A stretch of 33,721 bases of DNA from Promethearchaeota archaeon (GCA_013375475.1 JABXKD010000038.1:1-33721), one strand, 5' to 3'. Positions 9,403-19,552 are shown, numbered from the stretch's first letter. The notes: generated from the sequence alone by a model not told the origin. Numbers and translations: made by a program.

Positions 9403-10818
9403 ATGAGTGAAAGAAAATTATCTTTTAAAGAAAAGGCTTTATTTGCTACGAGTAGCTTTCCAGATCAGATGACATATCAAGCATTTACCATATACGTTTT
9501 TACTTTTTATTTCGCTGTTGTAGGTCTAAGCATGTTTGAAATGTGGATTGGTTTTATTATATGGGGAGTATGGAATATGGTTAACGATCCTATCTTAGGA
9601 GCATTGAGTGAAAGAACAAAACAAAAAGGTAAGTTAGGAAAACGGAAATTCTATTTAATTATCTCGTTTATTCCGTTATCGTTAATGATGGTGCTATTAT
9701 ATACAGTTCCTGCGGGCTTTGAGTTTATTTACTTTATCTTTATAATTTTTGTGTTTGAATTCTTTTATACTATGTTTTCAGTAAACACTAATGCTGTTTT
9801 TCCTGAGATGTTTCCAGTCGAAAAAGATAGAGGCGCAATTAATGTATTCTTAAAGAGTTTTACAATGATTGCCGTTATACTTGCTTCTCTTGTTCCAACT
9901 TTCGTAATAGCTCCTTTAGCTCCGACTCTTGATAAACTTGATCCAGGATACCCTGCAGAAGTCGCAGGTATTAGATCAATGTATATTATGGCAGGTCTAA
10001 TTTTGTTTGTGATTGTTTTAATCATGGCAATTTTGTTTGTGTTCTTTTCTGTTAAAGAAAAAGACGAAGATACTACAACTTTTGAAAAACGACCCTCCTT
10101 TATTAAATCCTTGAAAACTACCTTTTCAAATAGAACTTTCATAAAATTTACATTCGGAAACATGCTAATCTGGTACTGTTTTAATTTGTTATTAACTGTG
10201 TTTCCTTTATTCGCAATATATATTCTTGGACACATTGAGGGATCTCTTATGATTGGTGTTACATTGATGATAGCATTGCTTTCTGCTGCAGTTTTTATGC
10301 CAATACAAAGTAAAATTAGAGCTAAAGTAGGAACTCGAAAAGGATTAATGAGAGGCTTAGGAATATGGATTATTACCTTATTTCCATTGATTTTCTTATC
10401 AAATAATGAAATAAGTCGAATATTAGCTATGGTTATATTTTTTACTATTGGATTTGGTCTATCAGCAGCATTATTTTTTATCGATTTAATTCATGCTGAC
10501 ATTATAGAGGAAGATGCCCTAAAATTTGGTGTGAAGAGAGCAGCCAGTTATTACGGTGTTAACGCGTTTATCCACCGGTTTTCAACAATCCTTGGTATTA
10601 CAACAATAGCTATTATCTTTTCAGGAACTGGTTGGAGTGAATATGCACCTATCATTACTGATCCAGCTTTGAGGGATATCGGTTTGAAAGCATTAATTTT
10701 TCTATTTCCCTCGATAGCACTTGTAGGATCTATTCTTTTCTTTAAATCTTATGATTTACATGGAGAAAGACTTGAGAAAATGAGAGAAGAATTACAAAAA
10801 CATCCTGATTTAAAATAA
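9403..10818 (+). CDS. MFS transporter, glycoside-pentoside-hexuronide (MelB-like) family
   Basis: WNMVNDPILGALSER motif, ADIIEED...KRAASYYG, about 12 TM helices. Confidence 0.9.
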   Translation: MSERKLSFKEKALFATSSFPDQMTYQAFTIYVFTFYFAVVGLSMFEMWIGFIIWGVWNMVNDPILGALSERTKQKGKLGKRKFYLIISFIPLSLMMVLLYTVPAGFEFIYFIFIIFVFEFFYTMFSVNTNAVFPEMFPVEKDRGAINVFLKSFTMIAVILASLVPTFVIAPLAPTLDKLDPGYPAEVAGIRSMYIMAGLILFVIVLIMAILFVFFSVKEKDEDTTTFEKRPSFIKSLKTTFSNRTFIKFTFGNMLIWYCFNLLLTVFPLFAIYILGHIEGSLMIGVTLMIALLSAAVFMPIQSKIRAKVGTRKGLMRGLGIWIITLFPLIFLSNNEISRILAMVIFFTIGFGLSAALFFIDLIHADIIEEDALKFGVKRAASYYGVNAFIHRFSTILGITTIAIIFSGTGWSEYAPIITDPALRDIGLKALIFLFPSIALVGSILFFKSYDLHGERLEKMREELQKHPDLK

Positions 10819-10823
10819 ATATC

Positions 10824-10842
10824 CTTTTTTTTCTTTTTTTTT
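10824..10842 (+). terminator. Oligo-T terminator between convergent genes
   Basis: Two T9 runs directly after the MFS stop codon. Confidence 0.5.
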
Positions 10843-10899
10843 AATTTGAATTTAAATGATATTATAAAGTAGTATTTAAATTCTTCAATTTCAATATTT

Positions 10900-11340
10900 T
10901 TAGTATCTTATTTCTTGCCCACAATTAGTACAAAATTTCTCATTACCTTTCATTACTTTGCCACAGTTAGGACAGAATTGAGCTATAGAGGTTGGTTTTA
11001 CTTCAGTATATCGAGGAACTGGTCTCGATTCTAACACAGGATTAATTAAATCTGAGTAGTTTTTAGCAATTTTCCTAGATTGAATCAGAGAATAGAGACA
11101 CATGAAAAATGCCACAGTCAATATTAGAATATAAGGAAGCATGCTAATAATCATCTGAAAAATATAATTGTCTGGATAATAATAAGGTTCGTAATACATG
11201 AAGCTCATCATTAAGGAGGATACTAGCGTCATTAACAAAAATATTGTAATGAAAAGTCCTATAATCGATAGTATAAATATGAATACAGATTGTTTCTGGG
11301 TTATTTTAAATCCAAACCATGTAATATTTTTTCTTGTCAT
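10900..11340 (-). CDS. Two-TM membrane protein with C-terminal zinc ribbon
   Basis: Two hydrophobic helices, then CPNC-x10-CTNC; GGTGA SD 4 nt before ATG. Confidence 0.85.
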   Translation of the reverse strand: MTRKNITWFGFKITQKQSVFIFILSIIGLFITIFLLMTLVSSLMMSFMYYEPYYYPDNYIFQMIISMLPYILILTVAFFMCLYSLIQSRKIAKNYSDLINPVLESRPVPRYTEVKPTSIAQFCPNCGKVMKGNEKFCTNCGQEIRY

Positions 11341-11464
11341 TAAATCACCTATAATGGTGCTAATTATTATGATCTAACTTCAATTAATAAGTGTTAGTAT
11401 GAGAAAAAAGTAATATCCAAAAAATAAGTCATGTTGAAGAAGACATATCAATATTTGGTTTTCC

Positions 11465-12382
11465 CTAGTTCTTCATGCCTAACATCTTTTTGGCTTCATC
11501 AACGGTAGCGACTTCTCTTCCAATTTCGTTTGCGATCCTAACCATCCTCTTTACTAATTGAGCGTTACCTTGAGCAAGTTCACCTTTTTGATAATAGATT
11601 GTGTCTTCTAAACCAGTTCGAATATTTCCACCCATACACATTGCCATTACTGTGGTTCTCAAATTGAATTTACCTACAGTTACAACTTGCCATGTTGAAC
11701 CCTCTGGTATTTGATCAACCATGTGTAACAGATTAGCAGGGTTAGCTTCAGCGCCTCCTTTAATTCCTAATACTAAGCTGAAATGCAAGGGTGGTTTTAA
11801 TAATCCCGTTTCGAGAAATTCTAAAACATTGGTAATATGACTTGAATCGTATACTTCGATTTCTATTCCAAATCCTTTTTTATTACACCTTTTTATGTAT
11901 TTGCGATTAAATTCTTGGGGATTCTGAAACAAATCACCTCCGTAAGGTGTTCGAAATTCGAATGAGCCTGCGTTAATAGTGTGCATCTCTGGAGCAGTTT
12001 CTATATTAAGAAGGTTTAAGCGTTCTTCTAGGGTTGGCTGAACTATTTCAGTAGTCATCCGTTTTATACCAGATTTAGTTGTAAAATGGTGTTCAACAAC
12101 TCGTGCTCCAATACCATTTCCTATCTGTCTTATTAGTGGACATTTTTCACCAATTTTTCTTACAGTTTTACCGTAATATGTTAAATCTGGGGTATTTTGG
12201 CCATCATCCCCCCGGACGTGAATATGAACAATAGATGCTCCTGCTTCATAGCATTCTAAGGCGCTTTGTGCTTGTTCTTCAGCAGTTAAAGGTAATGCTG
12301 GATTAGCCCATTTACCATGAATACCCCCCGTAATGGCAGCAGTAATTATAACTTTCTTATCTGTTAATAAATTTGGTTTCAT
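11465..12382 (-). CDS. Beta-keto acid cleavage enzyme (BKACE / Kce family)
   Basis: AAITGG, GASIVHIH (HxH Zn ligands), IEIEVYD, RTGLED; ATG at 12382 preferred over 12424. Confidence 0.93.
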   Translation of the reverse strand: MKPNLLTDKKVIITAAITGGIHGKWANPALPLTAEEQAQSALECYEAGASIVHIHVRGDDGQNTPDLTYYGKTVRKIGEKCPLIRQIGNGIGARVVEHHFTTKSGIKRMTTEIVQPTLEERLNLLNIETAPEMHTINAGSFEFRTPYGGDLFQNPQEFNRKYIKRCNKKGFGIEIEVYDSSHITNVLEFLETGLLKPPLHFSLVLGIKGGAEANPANLLHMVDQIPEGSTWQVVTVGKFNLRTTVMAMCMGGNIRTGLEDTIYYQKGELAQGNAQLVKRMVRIANEIGREVATVDEAKKMLGMKN

Positions 12383-12492
12383 ATTTTTTTCTCTTAAATT
12401 ATGCATTTTAATACATGAAAACAAGGTAGATAATTATTTAATTGTTTTTAATATTTTATTTATCAACTAAGCAAAAGAAAAAATACAAGAGT

Positions 12493-13428
12493 ATGGCAGA
12501 TGTAAATGTAGTTTTTTTGTTATCAATTTCAATCGTAGCTATAGGGTATTTAGTTAAAAGATTAAAGATATTAAAAGAATCCGATGGCGATACAATTGCT
12601 AAAATTATCTTTAATATTACTCTTCCGGCAGTAATTCTTAAATTTACTACTACAATCCAGTTTGACTTGTCATTAGCGCTATTACCTCTAATTAGCATAG
12701 CATTTGGCTTCATTATGGCATTTATTGGTATACTAACTTTTCGAAAACATCCTTCCCACATAAAAGGAGCTATGATCATGACAATGGTAGGATTCAATGT
12801 CGCGAATTTCTTTTTTCCTTTAGTGGAAGGTATATGGGGTCAAGCTGGTATGCAATATATAACTCTTGCTGACGCAGGAAACGCCTTTACAATATTCGTA
12901 TTATGCTATATTTTAGGAACAATATATTCACCAAAAAACCAAGATAATGTCGTAAAGATTAATTTTGAATATTTATTAAAACGATTAATTAGATCCGCTC
13001 CATTATTAAGTTATATCATTGCGTTAATTATCAACTTCACCGGGATTTTAATTCCGAGTGTTATCTCTGACCTAATAGATATTATAGCGAGGGCAAACTC
13101 AGCTTTAGCGTTGTTATTGTTAGGTGTATTTCTTCACTTTAAATTCGGAAAATCAGAATGGATATCTATCATTAAAGTTTTGCTTCTAAGATATAGTGTG
13201 GGTCTCGTTGTGGGATTAAGCTTATTTTTCTTATTACCTCATAAGATTTTTAGCCCACTTTTCAGAATAATAATTTGTTTATCTCTTATTCTACCTGTGG
13301 GTCTTGCGGTTATCCCCTTCTCAGTAGAAACTGGACACGATCAAAAACTCGTGACTATGGCTGTAAATCTTACGATTCTCATTAGTTTTGGTCTTATTTG
13401 GGCTCTTATCTTAATTTTAGGTGGCTAA
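12493..13428 (+). CDS. AEC (auxin efflux carrier / malate permease) family transporter
   Basis: IIFNITLPA motif, GFNVANFFFPLVEGIWG, about 10 TM helices; ATG at 12493 preferred over TTG 12442. Confidence 0.88.
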   Translation: MADVNVVFLLSISIVAIGYLVKRLKILKESDGDTIAKIIFNITLPAVILKFTTTIQFDLSLALLPLISIAFGFIMAFIGILTFRKHPSHIKGAMIMTMVGFNVANFFFPLVEGIWGQAGMQYITLADAGNAFTIFVLCYILGTIYSPKNQDNVVKINFEYLLKRLIRSAPLLSYIIALIINFTGILIPSVISDLIDIIARANSALALLLLGVFLHFKFGKSEWISIIKVLLLRYSVGLVVGLSLFFLLPHKIFSPLFRIIICLSLILPVGLAVIPFSVETGHDQKLVTMAVNLTILISFGLIWALILILGG

Positions 13429-13434
13429 TAAAAA

Positions 13435-14280
13435 TTATTTCCTTCTACGATATTTATAAAATCCATTTCCTGTTTTCATTCCAAGATCTCCATTTTCAAC
13501 CATTTGCTTAAGAGCGTCAGGTGGTTTATCATTTGGGTCCCCGCTTTCATTGTAATAAGACATTTCTACCGCGTAAACCACATCTAAGCCAATCCCGTCC
13601 ATTGATGTAAAAGGTCCCCTTTTCATTCCAGTAAAAATCTTCCAGGCGGTATCAACAGTTTCCTTATCTGCGTATCCTCCCTCCCAAATTTTTAAGCATT
13701 CTTTTTTAACGGCGTGCCATACTCTATTAAAAACAAAGCCTAAACATTCTTTTTTTACTACGAGAGGCTCACATTTAATGTCTTCTATCCATTTTTTTCC
13801 GATCTCAAAGGTTTCTTCGCTTGTTTCTGACCCACGCATAATATCTACCATTGGGGTCATTGGAATAGGTGGATAAAAATGCAAATTTAAAAGTTTATCC
13901 TTTCTTTTAACCGCAGACTCAATTTTTGATACCGGATAAGAAGAACTGTTTGTCCCTATTATTGTATGAGCTGGTGCACTATTGTCAATTTGTGAAAAAA
14001 TAATTTTCTTTAGTTCCAAGTTCTCGGGAACTGCTTCAACTACGAGATCAACATCCTCTAGTGCTTCATCTATATCTGAATAATAAGAGACATTTTGGAT
14101 TGCTTCCGTTTTATTTTTACGTTTTAAAACTCCACTTATATATTTTTTAGCGTCTTCTAGGACCGTTGGGGTTATGTCATAAACTTTTACTATGAAGTCG
14201 TGCAAAGCTGTATGAGCAGCAATCTGTTTTCCAGTAAAGCCACTGCCGATAATTCCAACAATTTTAATCTTTTCTGCCAT
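13435..14280 (-). CDS. 3-hydroxyacyl-CoA dehydrogenase family protein
   Basis: IIGSGFTG, VEAVPENLELK, TNSSS, LHF, GFVFNR, GPF..MD.IGLD, LGMKTGNGFY. Confidence 0.92.
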   Translation of the reverse strand: MAEKIKIVGIIGSGFTGKQIAAHTALHDFIVKVYDITPTVLEDAKKYISGVLKRKNKTEAIQNVSYYSDIDEALEDVDLVVEAVPENLELKKIIFSQIDNSAPAHTIIGTNSSSYPVSKIESAVKRKDKLLNLHFYPPIPMTPMVDIMRGSETSEETFEIGKKWIEDIKCEPLVVKKECLGFVFNRVWHAVKKECLKIWEGGYADKETVDTAWKIFTGMKRGPFTSMDGIGLDVVYAVEMSYYNESGDPNDKPPDALKQMVENGDLGMKTGNGFYKYRRRK

Positions 14281-14312
14281 ATTAAATCACGCTATATTTT
14301 TTCTTTAATTTT

Positions 14313-15143
14313 TTAAAAAAACTTAGATGTTAACCAAGATTTGATATCTCGGAATGTTTCATCAGTGAATTCTACTGCATGCTTAGCACCAGGCATAATA
14401 AAGAATTTTTTATCTTCGCAAGGAATATCATCCAGTAATGATTGAGCGGATTCGATGGAAAATAATTCGTCGAGTTCTCCTACTCCAAGAAGTACAGGGC
14501 ACTGTAGTTCTTCAGAGAGGTCTAAATCTTGAAAACTTACTAACCTCATAAATCGCAATGTGTAATTAAAATTGAATAACGGATCATCCAAGCCTAAAAT
14601 GCCTTCTCGATAATAATGTATAACAGGTTTGCTAGGTCGAAAAATTGAACAAAGAAGTATTTTTAATTTCTGCAGAATGGAACTTTTTTTGTATACTCCA
14701 GGGTTTACAGTTTTACCAGCACTCATTAAAATTAACCCGTCAATTTTTTCTTTACTATTCGTTTTTGCTATTAGAGCGGTAAGGACGCCTAAACTGTGTC
14801 CAAGGATTAACAATGTTTTGAACTGTTTCTTCAGAAAAAATATTGTTTCTACAAGGTCTTTTATTAACCTCTCTTTACTTGGATAATCACCTCTTATCCC
14901 ATCAGATAACCCATGACCTCTTAGATCTAAACCGATAGCTGTAAAGCCTACTTTTGAGATTGCATTACCTAATTTCTCGTAAGGACCACTATACGCTGTA
15001 ATCCCATGCAAAATGAGTATGGCCTTATCTGAAGGACTTGTAGGAACCCATTTTCTTAAAAATAATGTTTTTCCATCAGAAGTATTAACTAAGTCGAATG
15101 GTTCTGTGAATTCTTCTCTTAACTTCTTTACATTAATTACCAT
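14313..15143 (-). CDS. Alpha/beta hydrolase, lysophospholipase / monoacylglycerol lipase-like
   Basis: LHG, DLRGHGLS.G.RG, GHSLG nucleophile elbow, catalytic D (DEL) and H (GAKH). Confidence 0.9.
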   Translation of the reverse strand: MVINVKKLREEFTEPFDLVNTSDGKTLFLRKWVPTSPSDKAILILHGITAYSGPYEKLGNAISKVGFTAIGLDLRGHGLSDGIRGDYPSKERLIKDLVETIFFLKKQFKTLLILGHSLGVLTALIAKTNSKEKIDGLILMSAGKTVNPGVYKKSSILQKLKILLCSIFRPSKPVIHYYREGILGLDDPLFNFNYTLRFMRLVSFQDLDLSEELQCPVLLGVGELDELFSIESAQSLLDDIPCEDKKFFIMPGAKHAVEFTDETFRDIKSWLTSKFF

Positions 15144-15228
15144 TAATACCACTTATTTTTTTTATAGTCATTTTGTACGTTTAATGTATTTTAAAAAGTA
15201 TAAATAGTTCTTTAATATTAGTAATAAT

Positions 15229-15924
15229 ATGGAGAAAACCGACAATACACCAAAGACGACTAGAGATTTTATTATAATTCATCTTATTTTCACAGTTCTA
15301 TGCGTAGTTGTTTTAATGATACCCATCTCTATTGCGATAGGGATTAAATTGTTTATACTTGTACTTAGTTATAATTTACTGATTCTAATAATAGGTTTGA
15401 TCCGAAAATATCGTGAATGGGTAAAACTATGGATTTTTGTGTTTTTAATAAGTCTATTCCAAATATTTCCAGATTGGTTCTTATCTGCTCAGCTAAATAT
15501 ATTAGTTTTCCCTGAAGATGGTTTTTTTAAAATTGGAACGGTTTCTGGATATATGGCCGGATTATGGGCTATTCCGTTGTTTTTATTAAGCTTTATTGGT
15601 TTAAAGGTAAAAGAAATGTATTCCCCGTTTAAAAGTTTAATTGTCGTTGGACTTCTCTCTTTTAGTATTTTTGTCTTTGCCGAACAGACTATGTGGATGC
15701 TTCAATCGTGGTACCCTCAAAATGTCACTCTGTTTCTCGATCATTTAGCAATTTATATAATAATACCTGAAGTAATACTAGGGCTAAGCACTTTTTACTA
15801 TTTCGAAAAGACAAAATCTCAACATTACTTAATATTGATAATTACTGCGTTTGCTATAATGCTTTTATATTTAGGAAGTGCATCCTTTTTCTATTTCCTA
15901 TTCGAAAAAATCATATTTATATAA
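15229..15924 (+). CDS. Multi-pass membrane protein of unknown function
   Basis: 231-aa ORF with about 7 hydrophobic segments and a conserved-looking PDWFLS...LVFP...YMAGLW.IP block. Confidence 0.8.
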   Translation: MEKTDNTPKTTRDFIIIHLIFTVLCVVVLMIPISIAIGIKLFILVLSYNLLILIIGLIRKYREWVKLWIFVFLISLFQIFPDWFLSAQLNILVFPEDGFFKIGTVSGYMAGLWAIPLFLLSFIGLKVKEMYSPFKSLIVVGLLSFSIFVFAEQTMWMLQSWYPQNVTLFLDHLAIYIIIPEVILGLSTFYYFEKTKSQHYLILIITAFAIMLLYLGSASFFYFLFEKIIFI

Positions 15925-16021
15925 AATTAATATGATAACTTTAAGTAAATTATAAATGAAGAGTACTTTTTCATTATTTAGGGTCTAAACAATAAAAAGA
16001 GTTTTTTTAAAAATATATAGA

Positions 16022-16573
16022 GTGTTAAAAATTAAAACTAAAATCAAAATTAAACTTTTAATTTGGATATTGCCATTAATTGGCGGACTTCTAACACTCG
16101 GAGCAATTTTTACCCCAGCAGCTTATTATTTTGAGAGTAGTGGGCACTTAATTTTTTGGATGTGGGGTTGGTATGATAGATTAGGTATATGGGATTATGG
16201 CATGGCAAAGGGATTAATTTCTGACCCGTTGATCCTTAATATTGGAACTCTATGTACTGTATTAATAATAGTTGGTGCATCCATCTTCATCGTTAACAGC
16301 ATTTCAGCGGCTTTTATGTTTAGGAAAGGTAATAGGTTTACCAAAACTGTATTATGGCTATGGTTTTTATGTGGAATATTACTTATTATAGCACCATTCT
16401 TTTGGATGGTAATGGTACAAATTTTTCCACCATTTTCACCAATTCCTGTTGGTAGTGACCCTCCTCTTAATTTCTGGAGCGTTTTTTTTCCATCCTGGGC
16501 AGTTATAACCCCAATTATAACTGGTGCTTTATCTTGTGGCATTATTATATACAATATATTAAAAAAGATGTGA
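16022..16573 (+). CDS. Four-TM hypothetical membrane protein
   Basis: 183-aa ORF, four hydrophobic helices, TPAAY...WMWG motif; GTG start uncertain. Confidence 0.7.
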   Translation: MLKIKTKIKIKLLIWILPLIGGLLTLGAIFTPAAYYFESSGHLIFWMWGWYDRLGIWDYGMAKGLISDPLILNIGTLCTVLIIVGASIFIVNSISAAFMFRKGNRFTKTVLWLWFLCGILLIIAPFFWMVMVQIFPPFSPIPVGSDPPLNFWSVFFPSWAVITPIITGALSCGIIIYNILKKM

Positions 16574-16641
16574 ATTAAAATACTCCTAAAAGCATTTACT
16601 CTTTTTGAAGAATAAAGATTGTAATTCACATCTACAATATA

Positions 16642-17571
16642 TTATGTGAGTAATTTTAGTAGATCACTATGTTTCAATGCCATTAATAATCCGTTGGTAC
16701 ATTTTCCTGTCCATTCTTGTTCTACTTGCTTCCATAATTCATCCTCGCCCCATTTCCAGTTAGGATGTGAACCTCCATCCTCTCCCAATCGGTTTACTTC
16801 ATTTTTTAATAGCTTGTATACCTTGTCAAAATAATTCTCAAAGAGATAGGACGATTTTTCTGTAACAAACCACTGTATTTTAACATCCTCAAATCTTTGT
16901 TCTTCCAAGAGATCAGTATCGGTTATGGTCCTATCTATCATCGCAAAAATTTTCTTTTGTAATTTTTCAGGCACATTGGGAATGAGACGCTTAAAACAAA
17001 GAAATTTGTATTGGACAAATCCTGTGAGTTTGGATTCTAATTTTAGAAAATTCTCCAAATCACTCAATAATTCATCGAGTAGCGATTGTGGGACGAATTG
17101 TGAGTACTTTAGGAGATAACTTATAACCTCGATACTTGGGTTCGGCCAATCTTCAACCTTAGGGGGTTTCAATTTTTCTATGTGCCACCATGGTGCATGT
17201 GGTGATTGACTTTGCTCTTTTGTGTGGGAATACCAGAAATTTTTGAGAGAGAATCCTTCTGTATAACGTTGTGTTTCTTTAACAAGATAAGATATCGCCT
17301 TTTCAACCATTTCATCCGGTTTTGAAAGGTTTAAATTAGTTATATATTGTAAAGCCACGGTAGTAGCCAGAACTGAAGATTCATTCATACGAAGATCGGA
17401 TTCTAGAGCCTTTCCAAAACCTCCATCGTCATTTTGATAAGTTTTCAATATCTCAAGGACCTTTTGAGGGGAATTATCACTGAAAACAAATTCAAAAAGA
17501 GCTATATCCAATGGTCTAGCATTGGTTATGATATACTGTTTTGCTTTAGCAAATTTGTTTTTGGGGGTCAT
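16642..17571 (-). CDS. Hypothetical protein with prenyltransferase/terpene-cyclase-like alpha-alpha barrel repeats
   Basis: ARPLD, YQNDDGGFGKALESD (QW-like repeat), PHAPWW, EDGG..PNWKW; GTGA SD before ATG at 17571. Confidence 0.75.
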   Translation of the reverse strand: MTPKNKFAKAKQYIITNARPLDIALFEFVFSDNSPQKVLEILKTYQNDDGGFGKALESDLRMNESSVLATTVALQYITNLNLSKPDEMVEKAISYLVKETQRYTEGFSLKNFWYSHTKEQSQSPHAPWWHIEKLKPPKVEDWPNPSIEVISYLLKYSQFVPQSLLDELLSDLENFLKLESKLTGFVQYKFLCFKRLIPNVPEKLQKKIFAMIDRTITDTDLLEEQRFEDVKIQWFVTEKSSYLFENYFDKVYKLLKNEVNRLGEDGGSHPNWKWGEDELWKQVEQEWTGKCTNGLLMALKHSDLLKLLT

Positions 17572-17608
17572 ATTCTTCACAAATTGATAGTAATTTAAAA
17601 AAAAATGT

Positions 17609-18439
17609 TTATAATTCTCTTATAAACGATTCTATTGCTTTATTATACCCATCTGTTGCCTCATATTGGATCATATGTCCAATCTTTGGTGTTAAAATTA
17701 CTAATGTGGAGTTAGGAATTTTCTGGGCCATCGATTTTGAGTCGTCTGGAAGGATAAAAATATCCTTATCCCCCGTTAATATCAAAGTTGGAACGCTAAT
17801 ATCTTTTAGTTTATTTTCCACATTGAAGTTATTTAAAATAGATTCCATCGTTCGGAGTCCTACATATTCTTCGTTTTGAAGAGTTAAATCTACGAATTCT
17901 TTAATTAACTCCGTTTGTTCTTTCCTAGCTTTTCGTTGGAAACAGAGTCCTATAAAAATCGTTTCGATCGTTTCCCTATCTTTGAGAGACATTTCACCAG
18001 ATTTTAAGTCTTTAATATATTGGACTAAACCGGGATTATTAAGTTTGGGTGCTGTTGACATTAAAATTAATCCCTCTAATCTTTTTGCCAAATTGGGATT
18101 TGTAGCGTAGATCAAACTAATCATGCCGCCCATCGAATGACCTACAAGAATAACTTTTTCATCGCCTATTAATTTTGAAAGAGTTTCCTCTAAATATTGT
18201 GCTAATTCTGCTAATTCATATAACTCCGATTCTGGTTTATCGCTTTTTCCATGACCTAAATGGTCTATTGCAATCGTTCGATAGTTACTCGAGAACAGTT
18301 CTACTTGTGCTTCAAATAACCATGAAGAGCCTAAAAAGCCATGGATGAAAACTAAATTCTTCCCTTTTCCTTTTTCTATGTAGTGAATCTTATAACCTTT
18401 ATCAAGTTCTATATATGGCATAATAATCGTATTATTCAT
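17609..18439 (-). CDS. Alpha/beta fold hydrolase (MhpC/PcaD-like)
   Basis: FIHGF, DHLGHGKS, GHSMGG, GDKD, GH; alternative ATG at 18421. Confidence 0.92.
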   Translation of the reverse strand: MNNTIIMPYIELDKGYKIHYIEKGKGKNLVFIHGFLGSSWLFEAQVELFSSNYRTIAIDHLGHGKSDKPESELYELAELAQYLEETLSKLIGDEKVILVGHSMGGMISLIYATNPNLAKRLEGLILMSTAPKLNNPGLVQYIKDLKSGEMSLKDRETIETIFIGLCFQRKARKEQTELIKEFVDLTLQNEEYVGLRTMESILNNFNVENKLKDISVPTLILTGDKDIFILPDDSKSMAQKIPNSTLVILTPKIGHMIQYEATDGYNKAIESFIREL

Positions 18440-18580
18440 TATTATATTTATAATTTAAGAATAATCTTCCGTAATTATACCATTTTTTTTAAGATTACAT
18501 GTATTAATTATACTAACTAAAATAATTCGTGTGGAAATGGTAGTTCAGATACCATTTTACTACATCTTATTGAGGAGTTG

Positions 18581-19552
18581 ATGGACATTTTTAAGAGCAT
18601 CAAAAACGCTTATACAATAATATCTCGTGTAGCAAACGTCACACCTGTAATGACAAGTAGAACCTTAGATTCGATTACAGGAGCAAAACGTGTGATTATA
18701 AAATGTGAAAATTTTCAGCGAACTGGATCCTTTAAGTTTAGAGGGGCTTGGAATTGTATTAGCCATATTCCAATAGTTGAAAGAGAGAGAGGAATTATTG
18801 CTCACTCATCAGGAAATTTTGCTCAAGCAGTTGCTTTGGTGGCAACAATACTCCAATTAAAAGCCACAATCGTAATGCCTAATAATGCAACTCCTTCCAA
18901 GATTCAAGCTACAAAAGGGTACGGCGCAGAAGTTGTTTTGTGTGGAAACGAGCCCGGTGATCGAGCTAAAAAAGCAGAAGAATTGATACAAAAATATAAT
19001 TACAGACTAATACACCCATTTGACGATAATAGTGTAATTGTTGGTGCGGGGACAACTGCTTATGAACTGATGAATTCCATTGATCTAATTGATTTACTGT
19101 TTGTTCCAATTGGTGGCGGTGGTTTAATTAGTGGATGTTCGATAGCTGCAAAAGGAATAGATCCAAGAGTAAAAGTTATTGGGGTTGAACCTAAAAACGC
19201 AGATGACGCATTCCGATCGTTTCAACTTGGTAAACGAGTGCCTGTGGAAAACCCAAATACTATAGCTGATGGCTTGAGAACTTCCGTAGGGGAATTAACT
19301 TTCCCTATAATACAAGAAAATGTAGACAAAATTATTACGGTGACTGAAGAGCAAATTATTGACGCTATGAGGTTCTATTGGGAACGCATGAAACTTATCG
19401 TTGAACCATCTGGAGCAGTATCTTTAGCAGGGCTATTATCAGGTAATATAGATCCTTCGCTTATCAAAAACAGAAGAATTGGCATAATTATAAGCGGTGG
19501 GAACATCGATTTATCAGACTTTTTTGCAACTTTGAAGCTAAAACTTGCTTAA
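18581..19552 (+). CDS. PLP-dependent serine racemase / serine-threonine dehydratase family enzyme (fold type II)
   Basis: TGSFKFRG (PLP lysine), HSSGN, PIGGGGL, VEPKNADD, VEPSGA, SGGN; no C-terminal ACT domain; GAGGAG SD. Confidence 0.93.
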   Translation: MDIFKSIKNAYTIISRVANVTPVMTSRTLDSITGAKRVIIKCENFQRTGSFKFRGAWNCISHIPIVERERGIIAHSSGNFAQAVALVATILQLKATIVMPNNATPSKIQATKGYGAEVVLCGNEPGDRAKKAEELIQKYNYRLIHPFDDNSVIVGAGTTAYELMNSIDLIDLLFVPIGGGGLISGCSIAAKGIDPRVKVIGVEPKNADDAFRSFQLGKRVPVENPNTIADGLRTSVGELTFPIIQENVDKIITVTEEQIIDAMRFYWERMKLIVEPSGAVSLAGLLSGNIDPSLIKNRRIGIIISGGNIDLSDFFATLKLKLA

